The notes below the pieces were generated by a model. It made no database searches, was not told where the DNA came from, and saw only the letters and a program-made list of their open reading frames with translations. A stretch of DNA of 64,000 nucleotides from Paraspadella gotoi (taxonomy: Eukaryota > Animalia > Chaetognatha): assembly GCA_051294375.1 (NCBI GenBank), contig CM119267.1, positions 24,873,783 through 24,937,782 on the forward strand, given 5' to 3'. This document shows, one piece after another, positions 1-15,667 of this stretch; the stretch's first letter is position 1, and the number at the start of each line of letters is the position of its first letter. The position numbers and the translations under genes are program-made.

Positions 1-2715
1 GATCGAAAAACGGTAATTCATTATAATGAATATGCGCATAAGTATGAACCATTTTATAGGATACCTAAATTTTAAAAATTGAACAAAGCAAACTCCTGTA
101 TTTATTACATAAAGCAAATAGAAAAAAAATTTTTTCAGTGATTTAAAAAAAAATTCTTAAATTATATATTTTTAAATATTTATTAAATATTTTTATAATA
201 TTTAATAAATAATGTTTTAAATCTTTTCTTTAGATGTAGGACAGTTAGAAACTACCTCATATTTTTAGCTCCAGAGCTTTTATAATGCAGTAATCTTTAT
301 TTTTAAAATCATCTACCCAGCTTGTTCACATTACTTTTTGAATTGATTTAATAATAATTTATTGAATAAATAGCAACCATTTTGTTCTGGCTTAATGATT
401 CAATCGCTCACAACTTCAAATAATAAATTTAAATATCAAATTAATTAGCATATTTTTATCAACTTTTATATTTTTTTAATATTGGTTTATTTCTTTTTAT
501 TAATGCACTTATTTTATACAAATTAAAATTTAAATAATTTATATCTATTTAAAATATTTTTTTACATAGTTTTCTTTTAAAGTAAAAAAAAATATCTAAA
601 AATTAAAAAAGTGAGAAATGAGGACTCATTTAAATTGAATGTTCTGCAAAGAAAAATTGATAAAAATTGAAATCGAAATATAGTATCATAAATGGTAAGA
701 ACTTATCTTTGACATTGTTATCTCAGAAATAACATTTAATAACACAGTTCCGTAAAAATTAACCAACAGTACCATTGGGACACACTGTATAATACATCAC
801 ATTATATTACATAATACATCTTTTATTTGAAAAAAGCCAGAAATAAGGCTGCCGCTTCTTAAAAAATACATTGTAAACTTATTGTGAATTTTTTTTGTCA
901 AGTGAGATCCAATTTGTGAAGCCTTACTGCTGTAAAGCAAATATAAATGACGGAAACAACAAGAAATTACAGTAATGACAATATCACAAGCCGAAAAGAA
1001 AGTAATGGTGAAAGACTACCGCTGACCCTTAGTCCTCCTTATTCCTAACAGTAACTACACAGAACACACTACACAGTCTCTTTCAGTATAACCCCGACAA
1101 GACATTGGCGAGTTTAAGCTAAGCTCCAGAGTTAAATGTCTATTATCATTAAATTGGACCTCGCAAACCGACTTTGAAAACAGAATGAGTCGTGCAGTAC
1201 ATACAGAGTCTTCAATCTGGACTGATACAAAAAGATTTGATTAAACTGGTAATTCTTTGACTGTATATTATTTTTATAACATTTATTAGTTAGAAAACTA
1301 CTTGACGTTTATATTTACCTAAAAAAATTTTAAAATTTCTTAATAGTATAATCACAGTGGCTCTCAAGCACGGATTCACTTTATTTCATTTTTTTGGTTC
1401 AAATTTTAAGTTTTTAAAAATTTAACAAGTAATAACGCTGATTGTAAAATTATCTGATATAAAATTAAACATTTTTTGTGATATGTTATTATTAAAAAAA
1501 ATTCTCATGTAAAACTTAACTTATTTATAACTTAATAATTTATCAACAAAGTCGACTTTCGTAATTTTTTTCCCCCCAAGCTGAAATTTTTATTTTTAAT
1601 AAAACGTGATGATGATTATCAAGTATAATTCATATTGTGAGAAAACTTAGGAGTATGTTTGGATACCACGACCTATCTACAATTTTTAACAAGAAAAAAA
1701 AACCTTTTTAACAACATAAGAAGAATTTTTATTGTTTACATTTTAATTAATTAATTTTATTTAATTAACTGTTTTTGTATTTTTTTTCTCTCTATTTTAT
1801 TATGTTTTTGTTTGCTCAGACTTAGTCTATGTATGTTTGTTTGTTGATGATGATTGTACTATATCAACCTTGTTGTATTCGAATAAAATCGCATATTTAT
1901 TATAAAAAAAAAATTATTCTGGCTCGTGATACATTTACAACAGTATCTTATTAATCATAAAATCGAAGCACGAAAAACTATTCAATTGTTTTAATGGGAA
2001 CTGAAGGATTGATAGTAAGATCCACTTTCAGAGTAAAAATTTAAAAGAAAAAATACTTCTTCAGAAATTTACCCTCTGAGAAGAATTGGTGAAAAAAAAG
2101 TCAAGTATATTTCTATTAGTACGAAAAAAATTTACACCCCAAATGCTCCTCGTTTTGATTATATTACAATTGTATATTATACAGTGTATTATACAGTGTA
2201 TAATGCAAGAGTAGTCTTTTCGTATCAGTCCAGATTGAAGAAGGAAAACGTGTATAAAACTACCAAATTTCCCTAAAAGTAAAAGTAAGCAAAATGAAAA
2301 TACAATTCCAATAAACACAACCAATTTTTTTTTTTCATTAAACCTTTAATAAAATTTTAAAATGAATTCTTTTGTGACATCTAGTTGTATGAATCGAACC
2401 AATAAAGCAGCCTGTTTACTGTATCGTGTAAGGCGCTCACCGAGTAATCGAAAGGGTCCTGGGCTTGTAACCAAGGCGGTTTATAACGTTCATCACGCTT
2501 CCATATCGATTACGGTACCAGAAGTCAATTAGCAAAAGCGTCACAACTGATGGTATTATGATTATAAGTGGGGTGCACTTGCCGTAATGCGACAATGCCC
2601 GACTACAAAAGTATATATATTTTTGAAAACCATTTTTTAAATGCTAAAATTAATGAGAAAATGACCGTCCCCAATCTCCAAAACTATCGAGTAACGAGTC
2701 TTCCATTTGGCCTTC

Positions 2716-4256
2716 TCACACAATAGCCGACTCCAAGTTGGCGTCTTCGTCGTCAGTCTTGACGGGGTCGCGTGATTGGCCTTTCAATCTTGGGATTAAC
2801 CGAGCGACGACACCGACGACACCGACGACAACGACGACAACGACGACACAGACGATGATGATAATGTAGTAGGACGACCTCTCTTCCTTTTCTCTCTCTT
2901 TTTCGCAGTCATTGAAATCGTTCATGGAAACGATCATGGGATCCGTAAACTGTTTATACATCGTAATATACAGAAGGCTTCATATTATAAAATGTGGTAC
3001 CCGTTTTTTGTGACCAGAATCTGTTCACACCAAAGTACTTGATCTAATTTTATGAAATTTTACATATACAGTCCTAATGACGATATAAATGGAACTATCG
3101 AGGCGAATTTTGATATTCAACCCCTGACAAGAGACAGGGTCCTGGGGCTGGACCCCTGGGGGGGCCAAAAAAGGCTAAAAAAATTTTTTTTATATTTTAA
3201 TATTTTTAGTAGCATCAGGTGCATTGACGTCTTAAACATGTAAAAATAACATTTTAGAACTAAAATTGATAAATTTTCAATAATTAAGCATTGTTTGAAG
3301 ATGCATGGTTCATCGTTTTTACTTCCAATTTTCCAAAATTATTCCAAAGCTGATGTTCATGAAGATGAAAATTAAGGTTAACTAACATTTTTGAAGTAAT
3401 AAATAGGTTTTTGTGGAAGAGTAAACGTCTGTGCAACTGTTCAAAACAAAAATATTTAAAAAATTTGTAAAAAAATTTTGACCATTTTTTGACTCAGGGG
3501 TGACCCCCCAGAGGGCCCATATCTCGGCTCAAGGATCAATTATTGAAATTCGCCTCGATATTTCTATTTGTATTCAAATAGGGATCGTTCATTCCAAATT
3601 TCAATAAATTTGATCCAGTAGTTTTCTCGGAAAGTGTTCTGGTCACAAAAAAGGGGTACCACATTTTATAATATGAAGCCTTCTGTAATAAAGAAATAAT
3701 TAACTGTAACTAAAATGCGGTGGAAGACTTACCTTTCCAGCCCCAGGATTGGTCACGTCTTCTTTTTTTTTCTTCGACAACATCCTCAGTCTAAACTGTA
3801 GCTCATGAGGTTTGCCATCGGGATGATCCTTATCTTGACCGTAGTGCTCTTTGGTCACGTATATCGTCGTTTGGATTTCCTACGGAATCGTAGAAAGTCT
3901 TTAATATTTAACCTAAAATTAATTATAAATAATAAGTAACAATAATATTTTTCTAAAAAGTAATCACCTTCTTTCCGTTGGCAACGATATTGAAGAAGCC
4001 GTGGAACATGAGGCCGGGTTCTTCATTGAGACCACACGTGTTTCCGCACTGAGGAAAACTTTTGGAGATTTCCGTCCCGATGAATTTGCCCCGACAAAGG
4101 GAGCTCAAACATCTGAAATATTCAGTTTCCAGTTACATCCGGGAGGAGGGAGTTCATTCTTTCTAAAAGATGACATACCTTTGGATGTAAAAGTCGTAGT
4201 CGCCAAGAGTCTCCGTATCTGAATCGAAAACGACCTCCGCGTCGATCTCCACGTAC
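2716..4256 (-). CDS. 3' exons of an unknown single-pass membrane protein (5' end not located)
   Basis: Four GT-AG exons join in phase (~4178-4256, ~3968-4112, ~3733-3879, 2716-2949): YVEIDAEVVFD...CLSSLCRGKF...EIQTTIYV...FTDPMIVS. They end in a TM helix (YYIIIIVCVVVVVVVVGVVGVVA), a short tail and TGA. Confidence 0.6.
2971..3685. mobile_element. Tc1/mariner-type MITE
   Basis: TIR CAGAAGGCTTCATATTATAAAATGTGGTACCC / GGGTACCACATTTTATAATATGAAGCCTTCTG, flanked by TA on both sides; no ORF. Relatives at ~4305-4475, ~42362-42552 and 57229-57709. Confidence 0.85.
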
Positions 4257-4747
4257 TGATAACGAAAAACTTATTTCCTTCAATATCTTAATCTAAATGA
4301 GGTATATACCCCTTTTTTGTGACAAGAACTCGTTCCGAGAAAACTACTGGACCAAATTTATTGAAATTTGGAATGAACGATCCCTTTGTGAATACAAATA
4401 GAACTATTGAGGCGACTTTTAATATTTGACCCCTGAGCGGAAATATGGGGCCCCGGAGGGGTCATCTCTGGTTAAAACTCTGCAGAAAAAAACGTGTGTC
4501 AGATAGCGCCCTAAAGGGCTAGATTTTTTTTAGTATATATAGTAAATATAGCGTCAGCGGGAACGGAGTTACCGCCTCCCTTCGACCTCTCTCTCTCTCT
4601 TCTCCCTCTCCCGCAGCCCCTCTCTCTCTCTCAACGACGGAGAACGAGCGATCGGACGAATGAGAAGAGAGGTCAAAGGGGGACGGAGCTCATGGGCTGA
4701 GGGCTGTGAGAAAGAGAAGGACTTTAGTTTGCAATAAGCCCTCGGCC

Positions 4748-5620
4748 CACAGTGATCCAAAAAAAAATTAAAACCGGATAAAAGCCACCTGAACATACGG
4801 GCATTAATGCATATTCAGTCTTTCCATAGTAATGGTACAAAGTCTTATGTAAGATAAGTTTCCAAAAAATTATTCTTTCTCAAGTTATAAGCAAATCTCT
4901 ATTTCGGGTGAGTCTTTGAGAGGTTTGTTTCACCCAGATGGGTGGAAAAGAAAAATTATTTGACTTTGTTATGATTAAAGCTCTTTGTCTAGTTTTGTTA
5001 ACAAATAAAAAAAATATTTTTATATTATGTCACTATGTATGATATGAAAAACATAGTAAAAACTCATCGAATTTCAACCGATTTCAATCAACCAGATTTA
5101 GTTCCTCATGATACATCTTCTCACTAACCAGTTATCAATTAAATCTCATCCGCATTCGTCCGCCATTTTGAGAAATCCAAAAATGCTTTTTATTCAAAAA
5201 ATAACAAAAAAGAATTCGATATTCTTCAGAAATTACCATATGATTCTTTTCTTTGACCGATTTTCCGATCTTAATTTGCTTAACGCACTTTTAAAAAGAT
5301 TAAATTAATGATTTTATATTTAGCAAATATACACCTATTACTTATAATATAATAAAGAAAAAAATATTAAGTTGGGTCAATTTCTTTTTAATATAAAAAT
5401 TATAAAGCAAAAGTTGTTCAACTACCATAAATGATTTCTTTAAGAACCAAATTTGGCGGTAAATGAATTTTTTCTCCATATTTTTTCAAATCACTTTTTA
5501 TTATCTGAAACGTTTCTTACAACCTCAGAGGGCTTCTATGATAATCAGCATACAGAGAAAACTTGTTTTTGCCAAAAAAGAGAGGTTTATCCGGAAATTA
5601 AGGCCATTTGGATCACTGTG
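4748..5620. mobile_element. Non-autonomous Transib-like DNA transposon
   Basis: Ends CACAGTGATCCAAA / TTTGGATCACTGTG with a 5-bp GC-rich TSD CGGCC (4743-4747, 5621-5625). A truncated second copy lies at ~41760-42361 in reverse orientation. Confidence 0.8.
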
Positions 5621-6732
5621 CGGCCCGAATGATTATTCAATCTTTTTTTCTCCATCGTTTTTTGCTGTAAATAAATGTACAAATAGATTGCCTTGAATTT
5701 AAAACAGTTTTACATAAGGCAAATAAGAACGACGGATTACGACGAGAGTTTATGTCCAACAATCAAACTTTGTTTAGCCACATTCAAAATGACAAAGATA
5801 CTATATAGTATAGCATATAGTAAATATTATGCCAAATTATCTTTTAACTAATTTAATGCAAAACTGTTACAAGGGGAGGCGAATGACTTGCCTCCGGCAC
5901 CAATGGCCGCTGATGAACGGTTGGTGGATTTTAGTCCACCATACAATAAAATTAAAAATAAAAACAAATCGTTGTTGAACCTAAAATTTTCTCTAATAAT
6001 TAAATTCAATTTCTTAAAAGCTTTTAAGAAAAAACCTTAGTTCATAAAACAGTTTACATTTACACTCCAGAAATATTTTATTAACTAATTTAACTAGGCA
6101 TCTTTTTTCAAGATTTTCAGCATTTGTTTATTATTATTAACAGCCAACAAGGTTATAAAAATAGTTAAAATAAGTTGCTAATATTTAGAAACACTTAAAT
6201 GCGCAGACGGACAGTGCACCAAATGCTAATTAACTTGCATGTGATGCTGAAGATGAAATCAATGTCAAAAGAAGTTTATTGATCCTCAAATGACTGGAAA
6301 GGATCCTTTTCAAGACAAAAGTGATGAAAAAGAGATAAGATAATTACATTTAATGACAAAATATTAATAGGTCAAGACAGAAACTAAAAAAGACGAAAGT
6401 TTCTTTTTTTGAATAAGATGTCAAAGATTTGCTTCTGTGAACCTATTTCAATAAAGAGACAGGATCTGAGATTCTGACCTTTCCCGAATTTCTGATGAAA
6501 GAAGAATTAGATTACTTCTTTATTGTCACCTTTTCATGTAAATGGTTTTTTAGTAATTTGGGCTCCAATATGCCAAGTCCAATATGCAAAGTCGTTTTCT
6601 ACCGCGAGATAGCATTTAAATAGGCTACCCTAACCCATAATTATAATAATGACCGACTATTAATATTTTTTTAATTTAAAAATAAACAATAGTTTTTACC
6701 TTTGCATTGTACAATGGAAAAGTTATTCCATG

Positions 6733-7775
6733 TAAGAAAGAATAGAAAGGAAAGAAAGAATAGAAAGGAAATAAAGAATAGAAAGGAAAAAAAGAAAAGA
6801 AAGAATAGAAAGGAAAGAAAGAATAGAAAGAAAAGAAATAATAGAAAGGAAAGAAATAATAGAAAGGAAAGAAAGAATAGAAAGGAAAGAATGAATAGAA
6901 AGGAAAGAAAGAATTAAAAGGAAAGAAAGAATTGAAAGGAAAGAAAGAATAGAAAGGAAAGAAAGAATAAAAAGGAAAGAAAGAAAAGAAAGGAAAAAAA
7001 GAATATAAAGGTAAGAAAGAATAGAAAGGTAAGAAAAAATAGAAAGGAAATAAAGAATAGAAAAGAAATAAAGAATAGAAAAGAAATAAAGAATAGAAAG
7101 GAAATAAAGAATAGAAAGGAAAGAAAAAATAGAAAGGAAAGAATAGAAAGGAAAGAAAGAATAGAAAGGAAAGAAAGAATTGAAAGGAAAGAAAGAATTA
7201 AAAGGAAAGAAAGAATTAAAAGGAAAGAAAGAATAGAAAGGAAAGAAAGAATAGAAAGGAAAAAAATAAAAATAAAAAGAGAGTGACGAGGAGAAAGAAC
7301 GAAATAAAAACCCGATGTTGCGATAGCAAAATGACAACATGCACGCATGAGATGCCTAATTTTACGAGTTCAGAGAGAGAAGAGAGAGAGAGAGAAGCCA
7401 AAAAAAGAAAGAAATCAAAAGGCAGCAGCAGAAGCAGCAGGAGAAAAGAGAGAAACAGAATAAGCCCCTGCAGAGCCAGCTGCAGACTGGTTTTTTTTCC
7501 ATTTCCCTGTAATTAAAAGAGAAAAGAGAGAGAAAGAAATATAAAAATAAAAGAGAGAAAATTTGTTTGTTTTGATAAAACGTAAACAAAATATATTTAA
7601 TAACTGTCCAGACTCAATTTTAAGCACATCGATGAAGAGAAGCTGTATATAAATTTTCAGCTTCTTACACCCAAATTTAATCATAAAAAAGGCGATCTAT
7701 AATTTGGAACGCCAACGACGACGACGACGCCACTTATGAGCAAAACCAAAGCAATTTTGCGTTTGCGACGATAAA
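6733..7775 (-). mobile_element. Helentron-associated (HINE/DINE-1-like) element with an expanded 18-bp AGAATAGAAAGGAAAGAA array
   Basis: Same body as the other copies; ends in ...TTGCGACGATAAAA. The array spans ~6735-7260. Confidence 0.65.
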
Positions 7776-9741
7776 AATCTTAAAAGCATAAGGATCGTCG
7801 CAATCGCATAAGAAAAATCTGGATTGACAACAAATTTTGATATTAAAAAAAAAAAAACAGAAAGAAAAATTATATTTTAAAATTATAAATTAAAGTTACA
7901 GTTTCTGAAAAAAAAAAGAAAAAAAAATTTTCATTGCAAAAAAAATAAACTAATCAGTAGACGCAGCCCCTGAGAAAAAAAAACGAAATAAAAACCTGAT
8001 GTTGCGATAGCAAAATGATAATATGTATGTAAGAGATGATTATTTAATATGATCTTAAATGAGATTGATTGATTCAATCTCATTTGCATATTGCAGTATT
8101 GAATCTAAATGTGTCTAATTTCATTTTGGATTTTGGTATTAGTTCTGTTTCATGGTTTTCTAGTAGCTAAATATAGTCTTTAGCAATGTTAATGATTAAC
8201 ATGAGTCATAGTAATATTTTAACTAATTAATTAATAATAATACTAACATTTTATTACTTAAAGATTTGACTTGCTCATATTTAGTGATTCCTTTATTTGT
8301 TCAGAAGTTAAACCATTATTTAGCTTTGGTTTTGGGGACGCACTCTCTTGTTAGAGTCCATTAGTAATCAATAAGGTTTAAGCACAATATAATAGAGATA
8401 AATAAATAGTGTTTCCATTTCTCTACTTCAGGCAAAGCTAACTAGCTATACATATTAAAGACAGTTTACATAGTAAGCGAGCATTCTTCACCGATGCCAA
8501 GTCAAGTCAACATACCATCAAGTAAGATATTAATGAACACTGAACCTTTAGTATCTAGTAATATGCCTACCTTATCACAGGCAAACATACCCTCATATAT
8601 CTGGTACATAAACTCCCCTTATATCTGGTGCATCGTCATTTCGATCTCTGGTTGCCCTTTAATTAATTTAATTAGTATACAACAATAACAACAATTCAGT
8701 TCACTAGTTATTCAACTTTCTTAACGAATTTCTTAGGCTACATTGTTTTACACTTCTCTTTGCCGGCACTATCTGGATTTCTACAACTCTTTCATCCTAC
8801 TACAAGGTAAACATCTCTTTTCATTTTATTCCGTTCTCCCGGTTACTTTTTGACGGCAAATTACATGGAGAAAAAGTGGCAGTTTGTCTTTTGCAACTTC
8901 ATACCACAAGTGAAGTGTCAACCCACTTTGTACAACAACTCATTTCTAGTTCTCAATCCTATTCAGACCAAACGGCAGGGAATGATCTGGCTCCAAATAA
9001 CACTTCGTCGCTACATCTCCTCGTCACTACATCACTTCGCCGCTTTATTCACCTGACAAGGGTTTGGGCATTCCCATTCGGTGGATTCTAACAGGATCTT
9101 CCTTTCCTGTGTTAAGGGGGACACCATACAACTACAATGGCCAACCTACTTCTACAACACGTCTACGTCTCCGGTGTCCTGTCTCTCTTCTCGCGGATTC
9201 TTTTCTCGTCTAACATCATTTATTACGTCGTGCTCCATTAATTTCTTCAATTTCGTCGGTGGGCCCGTTCACCTCTCCCGTACTGATCTTGTGGAAAGAT
9301 CAGAGGTCTTGGACTGTTTTGAGTGCTGAAACTCTTTTTGTTTTTACTTTGCCTCTCAAGTTTGGCATCTAATGCTTCAAAATTTATCATTCTTTTCTCT
9401 CGTTAAGAATTTTGTTTTGAGAGTTCCCTTCCTTTTTTTAAATTATTTAATATCAATTCTAGGCTACCTTCAAGTTCATAATTTAAACTCAATTTGTTTT
9501 ATTTTTCTTTTATAAATTTAAGTTGAAAATCAGATTGCTTTCTCATTCCAAAGCTCACTTGTTAACTTTTACGAATGCGATGCCTAATTTTACGAGTTCA
9601 ATCCTATTTCATTTTTTTATAAATAAAAACGCAGAGAGAAAAAAAGAAAGAAAATCAAAAAGCATCAGCAGAAGCAGCAACAACGACGACGCCACTTATG
9701 CACAATATCGTCGCAAACGCTTAGCGATTGCGACGATAAAA
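7776..9741 (-). mobile_element. HINE-like copy split by a ~1.5-kb unrelated insert (~8040-9555)
   Basis: Starts TCTTAAAAGCATAAGGATCGTCGCAATCGC, breaks near 8040, resumes at GAATGCGATGCCTAATTTTACGAG (~9572) and ends with the palindrome ATCGTCGCAAACGCTTAGCGATTGCGACGAT. Confidence 0.6.
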
Positions 9742-12700
9742 ATAGACAAATCACAATCTGTAATTCTGAATGGAATTATGATTCTTATCGAAACCCCCCC
9801 CACGGTGTCTCGCCTTTTGGAGAGACAAAAGGCTAATGTGGGGGGGGGGTTTCGAATAGAGAATTTTATTTGTATATTTTGGGAGAAAAAAGGCGACCAC
9901 AAATCATGTTTGATTAAAAAACCTTTAAATATGAAATTTAATCTATTATTGGAATATTTTTCTATCAATTAAAACCTTTTAAGACAAAATTGATCGAAAA
10001 TTGATTCAAATATTAATATTTTTGAATATTTTTTTTACTTTTTAAGCATTTTGTGGAATTGTTTTTGTCAATATCTCAAAAACGAATTATCACAGAGAAC
10101 TGAGATTAGACTCAAAAGAAAGCTCATAAATATATATAGAATATTACGAACTATACTCTTGCTTGATGTTAAATTATTTAAAAATATATATATAAAATTT
10201 AACAATTTTATACATAGTAATTATTTGTTGAAGAAAAATTTAAAATTAGGTTAATTTTGAAGCTCAGCAACTGTATGTTACATTTCTCTAGTTTTTTATT
10301 AAATAGGAATTGAATAAGTCTTTCATGTAGTAATTACAAAATGGTTACTATTTTTGTAATAAATTGAGTTATTTTCAATAATAACTTGAGACCGAATAAT
10401 TGTGAGCGAGTTCAAATTAAAGCTCTCTTTCAGTATTTGACAAAGAATGACAAAGTCGTTGATTAATTACTCATTATTTTGTATGAAAAATTCTAACAAA
10501 ACTCTAAAATTCAATTAAAAAAAAACTTGCTTGGATCAGAATTTTTAGACTTCACTACGATGTAGTAAAAACATTATATTTTTCATTTTTTTGTGTTTCA
10601 AAAATGGGTCATTTCTATTTTCTTTTTCGGGGTGTCAAGGGAACCGTGTTGTATTAATTAACCAAAATTATTTTTCATGCTGTTCAAAGTAAAAAAGCCG
10701 ATTGGATTGCTTTCAGTAATCATTTACTTAAAAAATAATAATTAATAAAATAATAAATATAAAATTAAAAAAGTTTCTACCTAGTTTTAAATTAAAGCAA
10801 ATCATTTTTATATTAAATATATTTTTAAACATTGAATAATTTTGATTAAAAACTGTTTCTTCAAATTATAATAAATATTAAAGTTTATATAATAAAAAGT
10901 TTAATTTACTTTCTCTTTAGTCTAAAAAAGTAATTTAAATAAATTAATGATCTTAAACGTTTTAAAATGTGGGCAAAATGAGAATATGCTCGTTCAGGGC
11001 CCGTTAGTCAAGCGATTTCGAATAAACAAAGTAATTTCGACCTCACCATCAAATTTCCCACCCCAAAATTGGTCTAATAAAAACATTTTAACATATATAA
11101 GTTTCTACTACAGAGAATAAAAAAGCTTGAATTTTTACCTTTTTTCAAATTTTAAAAGCTGAAGATGACAGAATTTTTGATAACATGTTTTATATTTTTG
11201 ATTCAACTTTTTATGAAGAATCTGAATCTTTATTAAAGGTTTTAAAAAAATTATTTTTAAAATTTACTATTTTATATATATTTAACTTATTTAACTCTTT
11301 GATTTAACTTATTTTTTAACTTTTATTAATTAACTTAATGTTAACTTTACATTAACATATCCTTGATTATTTAAATTAATATTTATTTAATTATTTAACT
11401 TATTTAAATTATTTACAATTTACAAATTATTACAAAACCTTAATAAAATTCCCTAAAATTAATAATGCTGTGATACTATGGCTTTGGTCTGTTTAAAATA
11501 AATATTCGAAATATACCTTTAAAATATAAGATAAGCAATGAAGGATCACCATCTGGTGATGGCTCGCCTATACCTGGATATTGGGATTAAAGAGCCGAAA
11601 TCCATGAAGGGTATAGGTTCCCAACTGATGACCTTCCCATTGTATAAACATTAAAAATAAAAAATATTAAAAAAAAAAAATTAAAAATAGGATAAAAAAA
11701 AATATAATTTTCATTAAAGTATTTTAAAATTATATTCATGACATAAAGGTGCCAGCTCCAACTCCAGCTCCAGCCAAGATAAAATCTCAGCTCTGGCTCC
11801 AGTCAGCCAGCTCCGGCAGCTCCGACTACAGCTCCACATCCCTGCTAAAAACAGAACCTTCGCCCGTAATAGGAACTTATCTCCTTTACAGATACGATGC
11901 AGATGACGAAACAATTTGTTCTCTATTAAAGCGATAGTCAAATGTCACGTCACAAACACCTGCTTCTTTAAGGGATCGATGGTGCCATCGTTTCTTCGGT
12001 TACATTCTTGGTAAGAGATCGGCATTTTTTTAATGTCGAAGGCGAAGAGAGGATGGTGAAAAGCGGAGAAGAGAAGGAAAAGAAATATTGTTTTTTTGTC
12101 AAAGTTTGCCTTTTCCAATTGATAGTTCTTCTCCATTATTATTTAAGAGATCGAATCAGTGGATCAAATCTCTCGATCGGTCTTGACGATCGTGGGAGAA
12201 ATTCTTAAAAAGGAAAACGGATTAAGATGTCGAATGAAAATAAAAGTTGACAACTAATCGATGCAGAAACTGAGAGAGCTTCGGATTCTGACTCTCACAG
12301 GATGCATTAAAGAATTCTTGTGGAAAGGGAGAGGGGGGGGGGTTATTCGAAGTAAATCAATATATTTTCTAAGCAGATCTGAATCTGAAGTAAGAATAAA
12401 AACTCTTTGAGCAAGCTTTAATAGTAGTATACAGCTGATAAAATCCAGGCCGCGCTCGTAATAAGAACACTGTAATCTGTATTTAATACTAAACATCTCT
12501 TATGGAATGCGAAAATTATGACGCCGTTGGGGATTTTATTTTGAACCAATTTAGGCTTCAAATTAAAAAAAAGTATAACAAATAAGACTTGAATTGACTT
12601 GATTGCGACGATCCTGTAATGAGGTCGGGTTTCCGCTCCATTCAATTCCGCCATCGTCAAGGATTCACTCCATTAATTTTCACACGAAAACGAAAACGAA

Positions 12701-13199
12701 AAAAAAGACTGCGGGGAAAATTTCCTTTACTAACTTCACTGTTGAACACGCGGAACTTGGGAGTAAATATGTACGAAGCAAACACACGAGTTTTTCAGTG
12801 GGGAAAATTATTGTAAATTTAACGGAAAACCAAAATTTATCTCAAAGAACGTTTATCAATAATAATCAGAATAATAATAAACATTATTATGTATTTCTTT
12901 TCTCTTTTGCTAGAAAAAAATCAATAAAAGTGCCATGGAAAAAAGTGAATATAAGAATAATTAATCAAACGAGCCGCCAACAGCATTCGATGATTACAAA
13001 GAAAATTTCAACGACATATTCTGAATAGTATATTAATCAAAGAGAATCCCGAATATGTCTACAAAAAACTAAGTATAAAAAAATTGGGAGAAAGAAAATA
13101 TCAAAAATTAAAAAGAGAAAAATTAAAAAAGAGAAAGGAAACTAAAGTAAAGAAGAACGAGGATCGGTGGGCGTTAACTCCTGGTGACGCCATCTTTGT

Positions 13200-14582
<1,383 letters not shown>

Positions 14583-15667
14583 CTATAGAGATTCGGAATT
14601 AGTTGTTTGTTTTTTGTTACTATTGGCTCTTGATTAACTTTTTTCTTCGGTAACGATTGGGGTATTTTTTGTGCGTATAACGGATGAGCAAAGAGTTAAT
14701 AACAATATCGTTTTTGTTAACGAGCAAAATGTTTGTAGAGGTTTCTCAATGAAACAACTAAAAATATATAGAATAGAAAAATAGGAAAAACGACACTTTT
14801 TTCTGAGTCGTCGCCAAAAGGACGATTTTTTATCGATTAGAGAAAAAAACCAATTTCGTAACGAAAATTACAAAATTTAAACAATCAAACAGTTACCTAA
14901 TAAGGCCGAAACTGGAAACGATGAATGTAACAAAGTACAATAATAATAACTAGAATGATGTTGTAAATAGAATCGCAACCAGAATTAAGTTATTTATAAA
15001 ATGAAACTAAAACTAGGACTAATTCTATAGATGTGTTGCAACAAAAATTAAGTAATACAACCAAAACCGAGAACAGTGTAGTAGATTTAAGTACTATACC
15101 AAATAAAAAAACAACTACTAAATCGAAGAATCTTCATTGAATTAAAAATAAAATCACCATTGACATTGTTAATGTCTTTTTAAGCTTCATCACAGGAATG
15201 TTGTGAAGAGTAAGGCAAGGCACGTTTGGTGGAGATTAAAGAGAAAATCCACGATCGGACATATGAAAAGGAGGAAAAGGAGGAGAGAAAAAAAGGAAAG
15301 AAAAACTGAAGGAGCTGAAAAATCTGATAAAATAGAGAAGAGGAGTGAAAATAGTGAAATAGACTGCCGACTGCCGAGGATGGCGCACGAAGGCACCGGA
15401 TGAAAAATGAAAAAAAAAACCTAAAAAAAAAATTACAATAGAAAATAAAAGAAAACAAAAATGAGTAAAATTAAAATGAATAGAAAAAAAATTAAATCAA
15501 ATTAGAAAATCAAGGCAAAAAGTAAAAGTTGAGCGTAATCTCCGACTTTTTTTCGCGGCACACCCTCCGGCCACCTTTCATAGTTAATTTTTTCAATTTT
15601 TTTTAATCCCTATTCTCAGGTCATTTTTAGGAGGCGTCAGCTGACGTGTAAAATCCCCCCCCCCCGG

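Noticed and set aside
4490-4745. Odd GC/AG-rich segment (similar ones at ~25293-25326 and ~33415-33830)
   Set aside because: Looks like low-quality single-read sequence, partly resembling a garbled SMRTbell adapter.
6702-7348. Long F/L/S- or K/R-rich ORFs (also 18893-19214)
   Set aside because: By-products of the stop-poor 18-bp purine array.
8040-9555. Decayed LINE ORF with a possible CCCH finger on the minus strand
   Set aside because: Too many stops and frameshifts to assign without a search.
11750-11845. Pro/Ala/Ser ORF made of CCAGCT repeats
   Set aside because: More like the end fragment of a DNA transposon (CAGGG...GGAGC repeats); no partner end was found.
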